64,000 nucleotides of DNA from Longimicrobium sp. GTDB lineage: Bacteria; Gemmatimonadota; Gemmatimonadetes; Longimicrobiales; Longimicrobiaceae. Below are positions 61,620-64,000 of the stretch, piece after piece. Where the stretch lies: positions 3,518 to 67,517 of the forward strand of contig NZ_DATIND010000152.1 in NCBI RefSeq assembly GCF_035474595.1. The letters run 5' to 3'. The position numbers were made by a program, and so were the translations under genes. The number at the start of each line of letters is the position of its first letter. Position 1 is the first letter of the stretch. The notes below the pieces were generated by a model, which worked only from the letters and a program-made list of their open reading frames with translations, had not been told where the DNA came from and did no database searches.

Positions 61620-62797
61620 GCGACCCGCGCCCGGCCGCCGCCCGCCCGCCCGCCACGGCGGTGGACCCGTTCGCGCCGAAGCCGCACCCCGTGCTCACGT
61701 GGACGGCCGTGGTCTGCGGCACGCTGGCGCTGCTGATCATCGGCGCCGACCTGGGGCCGCGCGCCTTCTTCATGGGCGTGGTGCTGGCCGTGGTTCCCGT
61801 TCCCGTCTACCTGGCCCTCGCGCTCTGGCTGGACCGCTTCGAGCCCGAGCCCCCCGTCGCCCTGGCGCAGACCTTCGCGTGGGGCGCCTCGGTGGCCATC
61901 CTCGTGGCGCTTTTGCTGAACACCTACACCGAATCGACCATGGCGCGGCTCTTCGGCGAGCGCGCGGCCGAGGTGGCCGGGCGCATCGTCAGCGCGCCGC
62001 TGGTCGAGGAGCTGTCGAAGGGGATCGCGCTCGTGGTCCTCTTCCGCACCCTGCACGACGAGTACGACGACGTGCTGGACGGCGTGGTGTACGCGTCGAT
62101 GGTGGGGCTGGGCTTCGCGATGATCGAGAACGTGCAGTACTACGGCGCCGCGGTGCAGGAGGGCGGGCACAACTCGGCGCTCACCTTCGCCATCCGGGGG
62201 ATGATGGCGCCCTTCGCGCACCCGCTCTTCACCGCCATGTTCGGCGTGGGGCTGGGCTACGCCCGCGAGAAGGGGCAGCCGGCGCGCCGCTTCTGGGCGC
62301 CGCCTGTGGGGTTCGCGGCGGCTGTGGGGCTGCACGCGCTCTGGAACTGGTCCGCCGGGTTCGACGACACCTGGTTCGTGATCCTCTACGCGCTGGTGAT
62401 GTTCCCCGCCTTCCTGGGGCTCCTGGTGATCGTCTACCTCTCGCTGGTGCGCGAGGGGCGCATCATCCGCGAGCACCTGGGCGGGCTGGTGGAGACGGGG
62501 CTGCTGAGCGCGGACGAGCTGGAGCGCCTGTGCGTGGTGCGCAGCCGGCTGCGCGCGTCGTACGGGGCGTGGCGCACGGGCGGCCTGCTGCGCTGGCGCG
62601 AGCGCCGCGAGCTGCACCGCATCGCCAGCGAGCTGGCGTTCCACCGCTGGCGCGTTCAGCGCGGCCTCTCCCTCGGCGCCGACGCCGACGCCCGCCGTGA
62701 GAGCGCCTATCTCCACCGCCTGGAGTCGCTCTGCAGCGCGGAGATAGGGGACAGGGGACAGGGGACAGGGGACAGCGAAAAGAAGAGGGGGCGATAA
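61616..62797 (+). CDS. prsW: PrsW-family intramembrane metalloprotease
   Basis: ATGA overlap with the previous gene. EELSK, GLGFAMIEN, HPLFT and HALWN motifs; multiple hydrophobic segments. Confidence 0.87.
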   Translation: MSDPRPAAARPPATAVDPFAPKPHPVLTWTAVVCGTLALLIIGADLGPRAFFMGVVLAVVPVPVYLALALWLDRFEPEPPVALAQTFAWGASVAILVALLLNTYTESTMARLFGERAAEVAGRIVSAPLVEELSKGIALVVLFRTLHDEYDDVLDGVVYASMVGLGFAMIENVQYYGAAVQEGGHNSALTFAIRGMMAPFAHPLFTAMFGVGLGYAREKGQPARRFWAPPVGFAAAVGLHALWNWSAGFDDTWFVILYALVMFPAFLGLLVIVYLSLVREGRIIREHLGGLVETGLLSADELERLCVVRSRLRASYGAWRTGGLLRWRERRELHRIASELAFHRWRVQRGLSLGADADARRESAYLHRLESLCSAEIGDRGQGTGDSEKKRGR

Positions 62798-62800
62798 GTT

Positions 62801-62871
62801 CTCCGCGCCTCCGCGCCTCCGCGCCTCCGCGCCTCCGCGCCTCCGCGCCTCCGCGCCTCCGCGCCTCCGCG
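62801..62871. repeat. (CTCCGCGC)x8 plus a partial unit, tandem microsatellite
   Basis: Perfect 8-bp units at 62801-62864, flanked by GGGGACA arrays in inverted orientation (62744-62775, 62901-62935). Confidence 0.95.
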
Positions 62872-63058
62872 TGAGATCCCACCCCATTCGTTCTTTCGTG
62901 CCGTCCCTGTCCCCTTTCCCCGTCCCCTCTTCCCTGCAGTTCCCTTGGCATCTCCGCGCGGCGGGCTTATCTTCGCGGCACCCCCACACCTCGGAACCCG
63001 CGCACTGCCGTAACTCCGTGCGCGGCCGCACCGTCCATCGCAGCAGCTCCGCAGGTCC

Positions 63059-64000
63059 ATGCACCCAACGCACTTCCAGGCGCGGGCGCTTCCGCTCGCG
63101 CTGATGCTTGCGGCCGCCGCCGCGTGCACCCCCGCGCCGTACCACGTCGCGCGGCCCGCGCCGGCCCCGCAGCCCGCGCCCGCCGCCGAGGCCGCCCCCG
63201 CGCCGGACTCCGCCGCGCCGGAGAAGGCCGACGAGAACTTCGCGCTGGGGCGCGTGCAGAACGGCACCGTGGGCCGCGAGCTGCTGGGGAGCGCCACCTA
63301 CGACCTTCCCGTCGAGCCCAACCAGTGGGTGTCGATGGAGCTCTCCTTCCTGGTGAACCAGCGCCACGAGGTGGTCGGCCGCTGGCTGGAACGGGGCGAC
63401 CGCTACGCCGCCTTCGTGCAGGAGACCTTCGCCGCCGCGGGCATTCCGCGCGACCTGCACCACCTGGCGATGGTGGAGAGTGGCTACCAGCCCACGGTGC
63501 GCAGCCGCGCCGGCGCGGTGGGGATGTGGCAGTTCATGTCCGGCACGGGGCGGGGGATGGGGCTGCGCATCGACGACCAGGTGGACGAGCGGATGGACCC
63601 GGTGCGCTCCACCCGCGCCGCCGCGCGCCACCTGCGCCAGCTGTGGGAGGACTTCGGGCACGACTGGGCGCTGGCCGCGGCCGCCTACAACGCCGGCGGC
63701 GGGCGGATCAGCCGCGGGCTGCGCAGCTACTCGGCGAACGGGTTCTGGGACCTGGCCGAGCGCGGGAACCTGGCCGAGGAGACGCGCCGCTACGTCCCCC
63801 GTCTCTACGCCGTCACCATCATCGCCAAGGACCCGGCGCGCTTCGGCTTCGCGCGTCCGGCGGGCGTGGTGCGGAGCTTCGAGTTCGACAGCATGCAGGT
63901 CGACCTTCCCACGCCGCTGCCGGTGCTCGCGCGGGCGGGAAGCATCTCCCTGGCGCAGCTGGCCGAGCTGAACCCGCACCTGGTCCGCGGCACCGCGCCC
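63059..64000 (+). CDS. Lytic transglycosylase (SLT/MltD-like) lipoprotein, 3'-truncated
   Basis: Own translation from ATG 63059: lipobox AAAAC, AMVESGY, AGAVGMWQFM, AAYNAG, ETRRYVP. The frame runs off the window. Confidence 0.88.
   Translation, partial: MHPTHFQARALPLALMLAAAAACTPAPYHVARPAPAPQPAPAAEAAPAPDSAAPEKADENFALGRVQNGTVGRELLGSATYDLPVEPNQWVSMELSFLVNQRHEVVGRWLERGDRYAAFVQETFAAAGIPRDLHHLAMVESGYQPTVRSRAGAVGMWQFMSGTGRGMGLRIDDQVDERMDPVRSTRAAARHLRQLWEDFGHDWALAAAAYNAGGGRISRGLRSYSANGFWDLAERGNLAEETRRYVPRLYAVTIIAKDPARFGFARPAGVVRSFEFDSMQVDLPTPLPVLARAGSISLAQLAELNPHLVRGTAP

Noticed and set aside
62801-62871. AEARRRGG repeat ORFs on the minus strand
   Set aside because: Translation of a non-coding tandem repeat that overlaps real plus-strand genes.

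Overview
Very GC-rich bacterial window (roughly 70-73% GC by eye, not computed). Gene content suggests Gemmatimonadota, Longimicrobium-like (inference only). Positions 1-47671 are the 5'-truncated, all-plus-strand part of a large hybrid NRPS/type I PKS cluster. It has 6 NRPS genes (9 A domains, 1 N-methyltransferase, 2 epimerisation domains), 2 paralogous KS-AT-(degenerate KR)-carrier PKS genes and a stand-alone FkbH-like gene, and no thioesterase. The strongest unexplained signal is a 63-89 codon palindromic DNA element inserted in frame at the same site (between core motifs A7 and A8) in 8 of the 9 A domains. It has inverted GTGCGARA octamer arms and a central hairpin that is also found free in an intergenic spacer. 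Other short DNA repeats are also inserted in frame in loops and linkers of the megasynthases, and the spacers between cluster genes hold homologous REP-like cassettes. Docking and C-domain signatures suggest a non-colinear assembly order, and both post-PKS C domains carry an unusual His-rich segment. Positions 47.7-64 kb hold accessory and housekeeping genes: a beta-barrel protein, a DUF4097-like protein, a hydrolase, an ACAD plus phosphotransferase pair, two plug-like proteins, a PIN toxin with an oversized partner, an orphan Cys-rich RiPP-like precursor, a multidomain nuclease, two SRPBCC proteins, PrsW and a lytic transglycosylase. All motif calls, coordinates and specificity codes were read by hand; no searches were run.
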